Assembly: GCA_038087875.1 (NCBI GenBank)
Contig: CM075987.1
Span: forward strand, 21,266,001 to 21,330,000
DNA from: Malacoraja senta
Taxonomy: Eukaryota
Reading direction: 5' to 3'
DNA: 64,000 bases
The notes under the pieces were generated by a model. It made no database searches. It was given only the letters and a program-made list of their open reading frames with translations, and had not been told where the DNA came from. Position numbers and translations under genes: made by a program. Shown here in pieces: positions 1 to 11,141 of this stretch. Within the stretch, counting starts at the first letter, position 1, and the number at the start of each line of letters is the position of its first letter.

Positions 1-182
1 ATCGATAGTCTTGAAATTAGGACGCTGTTTGGGGAATATCCCTCGGTCCGTTTTTCTCGAGGAACAAGGATGGGGTCATTCTAGTACGACCTCTCAGATC
101 TGGCATCCTTGTTTAATCGTGTCCACCGTTCCACCATACTGCAGAAGGTGGAGAAGTGCACAGAACCGAGTTGTAACATCCA

Positions 183-324
183 AAGATGTTGGAGTAACTC
201 AGTGGGTCCCGATCCGAACGTCGCCCATCCATAATCTCCAGATATGTTGCCTGACCCGCTGAGTTACTCCAGCATTTTGCGTCATTCGATTTATAAACCA
301 GCATCGCAGTTCCTTGTGTCCAAA
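183..324. mobile_element. Short fold-back Penelope-like (pLTR-derived) insertion
   Basis: GGAGTAACTCAG...CTGAGTTACTCC inverted arms; flanked by 12-bp direct repeat TTGTAACATCCA (171-182, 325-336). Confidence 0.75.
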
Positions 325-479
325 TTGTAACATCCAGCCTGGATATCAAACTCTCAAGTTGTCAGTGTGGACAGTTTAGCACCAAATGAAAACCGCCCAA
401 ACCCCATCATGCAAAGTTGTGGAGAAACATACATGATGTGTAAACACGTGCACGGGAATAGGCATCGCCCTGCAATCGC

Positions 480-720
480 GCGAGTCCCTTAGAGGCTGGA
501 ATTTGATTTGTTTTACCTCATAAAACCCGTATCGGTCGTGATCGTATCTCCCGGTGATACCAGATGTTTGTTGACCTCGGCCGGTAAAGTGGCGCGCTTT
601 CGGGCCGTCGCTAACCGAATGTCCACCGCCATCTTTGTAACTGGCAGTTTGCGGGCGGCCAATATAAATTGCGGTCCGGCATTTTTGATGTGGGCCAATC
701 ACACGCCTTCCAAATACGTT
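480..720. promoter_or_regulatory. CpG-rich EXOSC2 promoter/exon 1 with YY1-type sites
   Basis: Locally high CpG density; CCGCCATCTTT at 626-636 overlapping the start codon. Confidence 0.6.
517..632 (-). CDS. EXOSC2: Exosome component 2 (RRP4), first coding exon
   Basis: Translates MAVDIRLATARKRATLPAEVNKHLVSPGDTITTDTGFMR, matching the human EXOSC2 N-terminus (KHLVVPGDTITTDTGFMR). ATG in AAGATGGCGG context; phase-2 donor AG|GTAAAA at 516-515. Downstream exons are outside the window. Confidence 0.93.
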
Positions 721-874
721 AAAATTTATTCCCGAGTTTATAGATCCGAAATAAACAACAACAAAAACGAATAGGCAGAGAATAGAAATCTGACGTAAAA
801 ATAAAAATTTTGGAAACATTCAGACTGAGTAGCATCGGTGGAAAAAGAAACAAAGTTAACGTTTAAAATCACAA

Positions 875-1140
875 AATAACACAAAGTCTCGGAGTAAGTA
901 AACAGATCGGGCTGCAACTGTGGAGAACATGGATATAAGAAGTTTCAGGTCGAGATCTTAAATCGTCAGATTATCTAAACAAAGAAAACTTGAAACATAA
1001 ATCAAGTTAGTTACTAAGAAGGGTTCCAACACGAAACGCGTCATGTGCATGTTTTCCAGGGATGTTGCCTGACCCGCTGAGTTACTCCAGCATTTTGTGT
1101 CTTTCTTTGATATAAATCGGCGTGTGCATTTCCTTATTAT
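875..1140. mobile_element. Degenerate Penelope-like pLTR copies in inverted orientation
   Basis: Minus copy ~875-960 and plus copy ~1015-1140 (GATGTTGCCTGACCCGCTGAGTTACTCCAGCATTTTGTGT). Confidence 0.6.
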
Positions 1141-1189
1141 TACTTATTGAACAGTCAGGAGCATGTGGTTTGCCAGCATATTCTGGAAC

Positions 1190-1510
1190 AGCGTGTGTCC
1201 GCCATCTTTAATGCGGGCAGAGCAGCCTCAATTACTGCTCGGGACTACTTTCGCCATATTTTTTACTGGCAAACGCTGCGCGGCTCGTCTTTTTCCACTC
1301 GACATCTTTATGACTGGTATACTGCCGAACAATCTCACCAGTCACTCCGTTTTCTTTACGCGATCCGGCTTCTTTGGCGTCAGCTGCCATGTTTATGATT
1401 GAGAACAATTAGTTTTAATTTTGGCGACCGACTATCGGTTTTCATAACTAATCATTACTCACACAGTCGTTTATAAATTACATCGGTTGGCGCTTCCTCC
1501 AGGTACCAGT
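1190..1510 (+). promoter_or_regulatory. CpG-rich element with clustered YY1/THAP-like motifs (putative CIZ1 distal promoter or non-coding exon)
   Basis: GCCATnTTT-type motifs at 1201, 1253, 1301, 1386; many CpGs; possible donor CAG|GTACCA at 1502/1503. Confidence 0.5.
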
Positions 1511-1784
1511 GTTGAGATCGTGGAATATATTTCACAGGAATATAGTTACAACTATGTTAGTTAAGGTTAAATCTCTAATAAAACCGGGGAATCGCTGTCA
1601 AATGTTGTGACTGAAAATGGTGCTCACCGCCATCTTAAGTTTGTGTTCATTTGCAATATTTTAGAGATTCATCATAGAAACAAACCTGAGGGATCCCATC
1701 CCAACCTGAAATGTCATCTGCACATTCCCTCAACAGATGCTGACTGACCAGCTAAGCTCCTCCAGCACATTGTGTGTTTCTCCT

Positions 1785-2060
1785 GGAAACAGGCCGTTCA
1801 GCCCACCGAGTTCACACCGTACATTGACCACCCGTTCACACTGGTATCTTATCCGACTTTCTGGTCTCCTTACACTCCAGGGGTAATGTTGCAGAGGCCA
1901 ATTCACTTACAAACCTGCATATATTTGGCATGTGGGAGGAAGCCAGATCACCCAGAGGAAATCCCCATGGTCACAGGGAGAAACTCCACACAGACAGCAC
2001 CCAAGGTCAGGATCTGGCGCTTTGAGACATCTCTTCCAGCTGCGCCATTGTGTCGCCCCT
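1785..2060 (-). mobile_element. V-SINE (HE1-like) copy
   Basis: Reverse complement of the V-domain core (TGTGGGAGGAAGCCAGATCACCCAGAGGAAATCCCCATGGTCACAGGGAGAAA). Confidence 0.7.
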
Positions 2061-3557
2061 CCCCGTAACTGCCACCAAAGGGAACGAGGCAAAAATCATC
2101 CCATTAATACCGTTAGCCTGTTCTTCAAATGTGACAAGCTCATTCATATGCCAGAGTCCATGAAGTGTCATGTATTTACCATTTTCCACATTAATGTTTA
2201 AGCAGATGGGTTTCGGGAACATGAACTATGAACAGGAACATGCTCAAGGATGTGACATTTGGAACATAGTGTGGAAAAATTGTGGTTGTCCATTTTGATA
2301 GAAAAACAATAAGATCAAGTATATTTAAATCGTGAGAAGCTGAAAAGTGTCAATGTTCAGAGGAACCCGGGTGTCATTGTAAACAAATTGTATACACATC
2401 ACTGAAAGTTTATACAGAGTTACAGTAAGCAATCTTACCACAACAGGATTTGAATAGAAGAGTAGAGATATCCTTCTCCACCTATGTGAGATGGAACCCA
2501 GTGAGATGGCACCAAGAACATTGTGCACAGGTACAAACACCTCAACTAAGGAAATATGTTTCTGCAATAGATGGAATGCAGCAAACGTTCTGCCCTTTCA
2601 TCAAAATTCCAATTGACCCTCAAAATCACTTGGACCGTTACTGATACTTCTGTCTCCGTTCTTGATCTCTCTGTCTTCATCTCAAGAGAAAAACTATTCA
2701 TGGACATTTACTGCAAACCCACCAACTTCCATAGCTATTCAGACTACACCTCCTCCCATCTCTTTATTCCATAATGTTGTTATCTCCATTCCTCTCCCCA
2801 CTATCTGATTCCATCCACTTCTCTTCACCTTAATCTACTTATCACGTGCCAGTTCTTACCCTATTCCCTCACCTCTTTATACTACCTATTACCTCTCCAT
2901 TCTTTGAGTCCAAAGGAAAGGTCTCGACCCAAAGCATCATCTGTCCATTTCCTTCCACAGATGTCTCTCTGAGTTTGATCCAGAAAGTTTGTGTTTTGTA
3001 GCGAAGATTCACCAGCTTGACTCATGGGATGGCTGATTTGTGGTATGGGGAGAGATCAAGCAGTTTGGGCTGCACTCCCAAGTTTGTAGAACCAGAGTTG
3101 ATCTACTTAGAAACACAAAATTCATATTGACCTTGAAGCGAGGTATCCCCTTGCGAAATGACAATGTCACTCCAGGAAAAATACTGTGATATCTACCTTA
3201 TCTGTGCTTCTCTTAAATGTATATACTTTTATCAGGTTGCCCCAATGAAAACATTTAAGTTTGTCTAACCTGTCCTTATAGCCAGAAAAACACAAAATGC
3301 TGGAGATGTCCTCCAGAGATGCTACCTGACCCGCTGAGTTATTCCAGCATTTTGTTTTTTTTTGGTAAACCAGCATCTACAGTTCCCTGATATTTATACA
3401 CACTCCAATCTGGGCAATCTCTTGTGTCTCCGTCTATTTTTGTGTTGTCAGAATATTTACTAATCAGACTACCTAAGTATTGTATCAGCAATTTGGGGGT
3501 GTTCAAACGGAGTAACATTTGAAATCTCAGCCACTGCCAGACTTTAATGATAGTGCA

Positions 3558-3651
3558 GACAGATACAAAATGCTGGCATAACTCAGCGGGACAGGCTTCA
3601 TCTCTGGAGAGAAGGAATGGGTGACGTTTCGGGTCGAGACTCTGCTTCAGA
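3558..3651 (-). mobile_element. Penelope-like pLTR fragment abutting the CIZ1 promoter
   Basis: ATCTCTGGAGAGAAGGAATGGGTGACGTTTCGGGTCGAGAC matches the family consensus seen elsewhere in the window. Confidence 0.75.
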
Positions 3652-3886
3652 TATCGCCATTTTTATTGCTGGCGGCATCAGCGTGTAAAGCGCCATGTTT
3701 CTTATTGGCAGAAGCAGCCCGGAGTTACAACCTCCAGGCCGCCAGGAGCGCTGCGGCGGAAGTTTTGGTCGCGAAGGTCTTTCCTTTTCCGTCGCAAACG
3801 GAACGGTCAGAGGTGGCGAGGGTCTACTTTCTCCGCGAAAACCACTATAATCATCATTATTATTAATAATAAAGGATTTGGTTAGC
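3652..3886 (+). promoter_or_regulatory. CIZ1 proximal promoter/5'UTR (CpG-rich, YY1-type sites)
   Basis: CGCCATTTTT at 3655 and CGCCATGTTT at 3691; CpG-rich; immediately upstream of the ATG. Confidence 0.6.
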
Positions 3887-4011
3887 ATGATGTTCCCTCA
3901 GCAGCAGCATCATTTACAACAGCAACTGCTTCAGCTCCAGCAGCTCATTCATCAACAGCGGCAACAGCACCATCGCCATCCACTCCCGCCACCACAGACA
4001 GGCCCCAACCG
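3887..4011 (+). CDS. CIZ1: CIZ1 coding exon 1 (polyQ/His prion-like N-terminus)
   Basis: MMFPQQQHHLQQQLLQLQQLIHQQRQQHHRHPLPPPQTGPNR resembles human MFSQQQ...LLQLQQLLQQ...; donor CG|GTAAGT, phase 2. Confidence 0.9.
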
Positions 4012-5280
4012 GTAAGTCCTTCAATGAAGGCAGACTGAGAAGCTGGAACAGAGTTGTTAAAAAGTTTGTCGTTTGAAAATTCTGTAGGAAACCAAAATCT
4101 AATTACAGTGTCACTGAAATAATCGATGCAGTAACCTATATTTGTCTTTTTGACACTGATTCTAGAATAAGTAGCCGTTGGTTCGGTTCGATTTAGAATT
4201 AAAATTTAAACACAAACGCCTGCGGAATTGTGATCGGAAACGGGATCTGCGTCTAACCACGTTCAAGACTGTCTGTTGAGTGAGTGTGGCCAGCATTCAG
4301 GAGAATTTGCACGATTTATTTGGTGCTAATATTCAACTCTGAACACATACTCAAACAAATGACTTAATCAACTGCCGTTACTGTTAATGAGATCTTGTGT
4401 CATTCGTTGCCATGTTTCCGAGATTGCGCCATTTCTACCCTTCAAAGGTACTTATACTTTGGGAGATCCAGAGGTTGTGAGAAATGCTCAAGCAAATGCT
4501 ACTATTTATGTACATTCTAAAGTAAGGCTGGAACTTTAGATATGCTAAATGACCTGCATGGGATGCCACCATCTCTGTCAATGCTAAAACAAACACATAT
4601 AATATTTCAAACGATCTCAATGAAGCAAATGGGAAACCTGGTATCTGTTGTTATATTGCCATAGAAAACAAGTACAGATATGTCATTTTTAGGAAAAAAG
4701 TTTATTCCTTTTCCCGAGTCACCTCAACCCGGCTAAGATCTGTGAAAAGAAGTGAGGCATCAATAGTGATCCTCTCCCCACTAACCAAGTTTTATCCTGT
4801 GATGGCCGTTTCCACTAGGCCCACAAGCGGACGCAAGAAAACAACTTGCACTCAATTTCATCATCATATGACAAAATATTAGGAGCACTGGAGGATGCAG
4901 AAGGTGCATTTGATTCTCATTTCCAACACAATTTGAAGCAGTTATCTTTCAGGCTATTTAAAAGAAGTTTTATGAGTTGTTAAATTCTGGGAACAATATT
5001 GACTGTAAACCAGGCGTTAATTAGCATTTGCAGAAGGTGAGTGCAGGTCAATTGTTTTAGGTGTATGGTGCAAATATAATTACACTTTAAAGCTCTGATT
5101 TGAAACTGGGTCAGACAACATTACTCCTGTCCATTTCTACACCGGTTTTAACATCCTGGGAAAGTGAAGTTACTTTGTTTCAATGTTGTACAGGGCAGAC
5201 AGGTAATTCTGAGTAACAGAGTTGGTCCTCGTGGCTTGATCTCAAGATGCAAGTGGTTTATTCAAGTGCATGTAGGGAAA

Positions 5281-6578
5281 TGGATAGCAGCAACAGGATC
5301 GGTCCGAGTCAGCATGGATTTACGAAGAGGAAATCATGGTTGATTAATCTTCTGGAATTTTTTGAAGATGTAACTAGGAAAATGGACAAGGGAGAGCCAG
5401 TGGATGTAGGGTACCTGGACTTTCAGAAAGCATTTGATAAGGTCCCATATAGGAGATTATTGGGCACATGGTATTGGGGGTAGAGTGCTGACATGGATAG
5501 AGAAGTGGTTGGCAGACAGGAAACAAAGAGTAGGGATTAATGGGTCCCTTTCAGAATGGCAGGCAGTGACTAGTGGGGTACCGCAAGGCTCAGTGCTGGG
5601 ACCGTAGCTATTTACAATATACATCAATGATTTTGATGAAGGGATTCAAAGTAACATTAGCAAATTTGCAGATGACACAAAGCTGGGTGGCAGTGTGAAC
5701 TGTGAGGAGGATGCTATGAGAATGCAGGGTGACTTGGACAGGTTGGGGGAGTGGGCAGATGCTTGGCAGATGAAGTTTAATGCGGAATAATGTGAGGTTA
5801 TCCACTTTGGTAGCAAAAACAGGAAGGCAGATTATCTAAATGGCGACAAGTTGGGAAAAAGGGACGTACAACGGGATCTGGGGGTCCTTGTACATCAGTC
5901 TATAAAAGTAAGCATGCAGGTACAGCAGGCAGTGAAGAAAGCGAATGGCATGTTGGCCTTTATAACAAGAGGAATCGACTATAGGAGCAAAGAGGTCCTT
6001 CTGCAGTTGTACAGAGCCCTAGTGAGACCACACCTGGAGTATTGTGTGCAGTTTTGGTCCCCTAATTTGAGGAAGGACATTCTTGCTATTGAGGGAGTGC
6101 GGCGTAGGTTTACAAGGTTAATTCCTGGGATGGCGGGACTGTCATATGCTGAGAGAATGGAGCAGCTGGGCTTGTACACTCTGGAGTTTAAAAGGATGAG
6201 AGGGGATCTCATTGAAACATATAAGATTGTTTAGGGCTTGGACACGCTAGAGGCAGGAAACATGTTCCCGATGTTGGGGGAGTCCAGAACCAGGGGCCAC
6301 AGTTTAAGAATAAGGAGTAAGCCATTTAGAACGGAGACGAGGAAACACTTTTTCTCACAGAAAGTGGTGAGTCTGTGGAATTCCCTGCCTCAGAGGGCCG
6401 TGGAGGCAGGTTCTCTGGATGCTTTCAAGAGAGAGCTAGATAGGGCTCTTAAAAATAGCGGAGTCAGGGGATATGGGGAGAAGGCAGGAACGGGGTACTG
6501 ATTGGGGATGATCAGCCATGATCACATTGAATGGCTCGAAGGGCCAAATGGCCTACTCCTGCACCTATTGTCTATTGA
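5281..6578 (+). mobile_element. CR1-type LINE, 5'-truncated (RT domain and 3' tail), with stop codons
   Basis: QHGF..KSxLxNLLEFF, YLDFQKAFDKV, GVPQGSVLGP, KFADD and LVRPHLEYCVQFWSP motifs; short-repeat tail. Confidence 0.9.
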
Positions 6579-8789
6579 AATGGCTAGAAGCCTCTTCCAC
6601 TGAGTTACAAATAAGCATGGTATTTATACAGAAAATACAGCTGCACACTCTGTTTGGGTGATCAACAACATTTGATTTATTTATCACTGGGTCTCCTCAT
6701 TCATTGCCTCATGAGAGTTTGAGATTGTTCAGTTGCTCCTTGCCTGTTTTGAGTGTTTATTCTGTGACCTACATCCTGTCCCCAGGCTAAAGTTTAAACT
6801 GCTTAGTGCCTATACTCCCCTGACTATTTTATGTCTGCTTTGTTAACATCTTCAGTCTCTTTTTAGATTAATTGACTTATTGTCCTCCTTCACCATACAC
6901 AATGCTTAAAGTCACGTGCCTTCATTCATTAAGACTTAAAATTTTGTGACATGCAATTTTCTGACTTGGCTGAAAGCATGCTAGCAAAATGTCCAAGCTG
7001 AATCTAATTGTTTTTGAGTCTGAAAGAGTTTAACATTTTAAAGTAGAGAATAATTAAAATAGGCCAGCTTTCTCTTCCCAACTACAACCAATCTGAAGAA
7101 GGGTTCTGTCCCGAAACAGCACCTATCCATTCCCTTCACAGATGCAGCCTGACCTGCTGAATTCTTCCAGCACTTTGTATGTTGTTGAATAATTAAAATA
7201 TATGTATTCCATCTAATCCATTCATTGAAATATTGCAGTAACAATATGAATGGTATTGTGAGTATGGATGTTCTAAAGCAGTACATAAACATAATCTAAT
7301 AAAAATTGACACCATGTCCAAATAAGAATTAGATTGGCAACTAAAATATGGATTAAGGAGTGTCTCAATGGAGAAGTTTGGAGAATAAGCATGGGGTAAG
7401 GGTGATTTGAACACAAGAATAAGAGTTGTATAATCATGATCTTCAATTTCCACAATTCATTGCAAGACAGTGGGAATGAATGATGCATGAACGATATCTG
7501 CTGCAAAATTGGCTCTCTAAGTAATGTGGTTGAAATCTGGAAACCGCATTAACAGTTCTTTTCCTTATGCAAGCAGAACCAGTGTTTGGTAGAATGCATG
7601 CAACACATGATAGTGCAATGTAAATGCTGCACTGAGCACTTTTAATTGATGCCTAATGTTGCTGCAGTTTCTAGGAGCAGCAGGTGCAGCAGACCTCACT
7701 GTAAATAATGTGTACTGCATTTCAGACACAACAGTCTATCAGTTAATGGTCTGTACTCTTTGGGAGCTCTCAGTCTTGAAAGACGATGTTTCTGGTCTGC
7801 ACACATGTAACCCAAACAGAAATCACATATCGCAATTAGAAAAGGGAGTCGCAAGACAAAATTTGCCGTTGGTTTTCTCTGAACTTAGTATGAAGACACT
7901 GGCATTAATTCACGCGGTTAACATGCGAGGATTTTGCAGAGATAACATTGGCAACGTTGCTGTTGGGTAGACAACGTTTCACAAGCATATAGCAGGTCAG
8001 GGATCACTGGCCTGGTAGTCCATGGGTTTTCTGCCAGACGTAAGATTTTGATCTTCAAACGCCCTCTGTTCAGTTGACCATAGTCTATAGTGGCATATTA
8101 AAGGCAATGGTGAATTTCATCATTGATATATGTCTGGTTTCACTGAGTGGTCCATTTTTCCCTTGAACTTTTATTGTCAGAAAATTACATTTGTCAGCAA
8201 AGATACATTAACAGAGGATGCTGTCCAGTGGACATTTGTGTACGATTTGGTGATGACCTGGATTTCAACCTCTGAGCATGCTAAAACAGAAACATTGTCT
8301 GCCTACTGTAACTTAACTGCATACTGTAACATAACTAAGATGACAGCATGGTTTTCTAGTATAATTACCATTAGTTAAATAGTTTTACATTAGTTGAGGA
8401 AATTAGCTCCGCTCCACTGGAAAGTGTTTTATTTTTGGAGGTGTTACAGCATTGAAGGAAATGCTGGACAATAATAAATTCATATGTTCATAGTTCAAGT
8501 TGATGCAACGTTATTTGCCGTTGGTCTTCTCTGACAATGATTCTGTAGGTTTGTGGCTTACATGCAAACATAGGATGTCGGATTAATGTCGGCAGCGTAA
8601 TTTGTGGAGTAATTTTCTGCATCTATGAATCCAAGGCAGTAAGGAGATCAAAAGACCATGTAGAGTTTCTAGTGCTACTTCCAGTATTTCTCCTGGAGCT
8701 GGTGTGCATTGAAGGTCCACTGAGCCTTCAGGAGAGATGCAGCACTTCACCCATTGGGAGGAGGCAGATGAGAATGACCCTGACAATGA

Positions 8790-10235
8790 CTTCTGCTGTA
8801 GAAGGCAGGATTTTAGCAAAGCATTCGACAAGGTTCCACATGGTAGGCTGCTCTGGAAGGTTAGATCACATGGGATCCTAGGAGCTGAATAGATAGAAAA
8901 TTGGCTTCATGGAAGGAACCAGAGGGTGATGGTGGAAGGTTGCTTCTCGGACTGGAGGTCTATGACTGGTGGTGTGCCTCAGGGTTTGATGCTGGGCCCA
9001 TTGCAGTTTGTCATCTATATCGAAGATAGATACAAAAATGTTGGAGTAACTCAACGGGACAGGCAGCATCTCTGGAGAGAAGGAATGGGTAATGTTTTGG
9101 GTCGACTGGTCGGAGAACTAGGAAGGGGTAGGGATGGAGAGAGGGAAAGCAAGGGTTACTTGAAGTTAGAGAAGTTGATGTTCATACCGCTGGGGTGTAA
9201 GCTGCCCAAGCAAATATGAGGTGCTGTTCCTCCAATTTGCGCTGGGCCTCACTGACAATGGAGGAGGCCCAGGACAGAAAGGTCAGTGTGGGAATGGGAG
9301 GGGGAGTTAAAGTGTTTAGCAACCAGGAGATCAGGTAGGTTTAGGCGGATGAGCGGAGGTGTTCAGTGAAATGATCGCCGAGCCTGCGCTTGGTCTTGCT
9401 GGTTCCACCATCCCTCCTCCTTCCCAGTTCTCCGACCCGTTTTAATCTCACCGACTACATTTTATCTCTGTTTGCTTTGTTGTTACCTTCTCCCAGCTAG
9501 CTGATCTATTCTACATTTTCCTTGATCTCCATTCCCTTTGTCCTGTTGTTACAACATACTTCCTTTTCTATGTATCTCCCTCTCCCCTGACAACAGTCTG
9601 AAGAAGGGTCTCGACCCAAAACGTCACCCATTCCTGTCCCGCTGAGTAAATCCAGCATTCTGTGTATATCTTAGGTTTAAACCAGCATCTGCAGTTCCTT
9701 CCAACACGTCTTCTATAAGACGTTGGTGAAACTGCATTTAGAGTATTGTGTCCAGTTCTGGGCACCATGTTATTCGAAAGATGGTGTTTAAGTTGGAAAG
9801 GTGCAGAGAAGATTTACAAGGATGTTGCCAGGACTCAAGGATCTGAGCTATAGGGAGATGTTGAGCAGGCTCTATTCCCTGGAGCACAGGAGGATGAGGG
9901 GTGATCTTATAGAGTGGTATAAAATCATGAGAGCAATAGATCAGGCAGACGCACAGAGTCTCTTGCCCAAAGTAAGGGAATCGAGAACCAGAGGGCATAG
10001 GTTTAAGGTGAAAGGGGAAACATTTTAAAGGAACCTGAGGGATAACTTTTTCACACAAAGAGTTGTTCGTGTATGGAACGAGCTACCGAAGGTGGGAATT
10101 GAGGCAGGGACTAACGTAACGTTTAAGAAGCAATTAGACAGTTAGGGCGGGTTTGGAGGTATATTGGCCAAATGCAGCCCAGTGAGTCTAGTGTAGATGG
10201 GACATGTTGGTCTATGTGAGCAAGTTGGGCAGAAA
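8790..10235 (+). mobile_element. CR1 LINE fragment interrupted by a Penelope-like insertion (about 9022-9710)
   Basis: FSKAFDKV and GVPQG motifs to ~9020; CR1 resumes at ~9712 (YCVQFWAP, QRRFTRMLPG); its tail continues at ~10975-11015. Confidence 0.8.
9022..9710. mobile_element. Penelope-like element fragment with internal inversion
   Basis: Minus-strand part encodes the GIY-YIG C-terminus (RKLEEQHLIF.LGSL.P.GMNI.FSNF); plus-strand pLTR at ~9590-9710. Confidence 0.75.
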
Positions 10236-10970
10236 AAACATAGAAAATAGGTGCAGAAGTAGGCCATTCGGCCCTTCGAGCCAACACCACCATTCAACAT
10301 GATCATGGCTGATCATCCAAAATCGGTACCCCGTTCCTGCTTTCTCCTAATATCCCTTGATTCCGTTAGCCCTAAGAGCTATATCTAACTCTCTCCTGAA
10401 AACATCCAGTGAATTGGCCTCCATTGCCTTCTGAGGCAGAGAATTCCATAGATTCACAACTCTCTGGGTGAAAAATATTTTCCTCATTTCAGTCCTAATT
10501 TGTCTACCCCCTATCGTTAAACTGCAACCCCTGGTTCTGGACTCCCCAAACATTGGGAAAAATTTTGCTGCATCTAGCCTGTCTAATCCCTTTAGAATTG
10601 TATATGTTTCCATATGATATCCTCTCGTCCTTCTAAATTCCAGTGAATATAAACCCAGTCGATCGATTCCTTCATCATATGTCAGTCCAGCCATCCCGGG
10701 AATTAACCTGGTGAACCTACGCTGCACTCCCTCAATAGCAAGAATGTCCTTCCTCCAATGAGGAGACCAAAGCTGCACACAACACCCCAGGTATGGTCTC
10801 ACCAGGGCCTTGTACAACTACAGTCCTTGCTCCTATACTCAAATCCTCTTGCTATGAAGGCCAACATGCCATTTGCTTTCTTCACTGCCTGCTGTACCTC
10901 CATGCTTACTTTCAGTGACTGATGTACAAAGACACCCAGGTCTCGTTGCACCTCTCCTTTTCCTTCACCA
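10236..10970 (-). mobile_element. CR1 LINE 3' fragment inserted in the tail of another CR1
   Basis: ORFs 10347-10817 and 10799-10993 closely resemble the 5851-6501 CR1 peptides. Confidence 0.88.
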
Positions 10971-11141
10971 TTAGGAAGGGCCTGTTTCCACATAGTACCA
11001 CTATGACTCTCTAAGACAATAAAACATCTATGTAGTTAGCACAGTTGAACTTGTCTCCTATCTTGAATACATTATATGATTACAGCATCCTTGGGATACC
11101 CCTTCTTAACCTGCCAGAAGAAGTAGTTGAGGTAGATACAA

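Noticed and set aside
40-140. Minus-strand acceptor CTTCTCCACCTTCTGCAG as EXOSC2 exon 2
   Set aside because: No frame gives the expected GHGTY...LIASVAG sequence.
376-819. 147-aa minus ORF and overlapping ORFs around EXOSC2 exon 1
   Set aside because: Alternative frames across a GC-rich exon/promoter; only the 632-517 frame matches a known protein and has a proper donor.
5247-6501. CR1 ORFs as an active LINE or host gene
   Set aside because: 5'-truncated, with stops and frameshifts and no endonuclease domain.
8250-8275. GTGATGA...CTGA as a C/D snoRNA, and 13-bp complementarity of 8258-8270 with 7528-7540
   Set aside because: Boxes are too close for a full snoRNA, with no terminal stem or recognisable guide; a 13-bp pairing with two wobbles can arise by chance.
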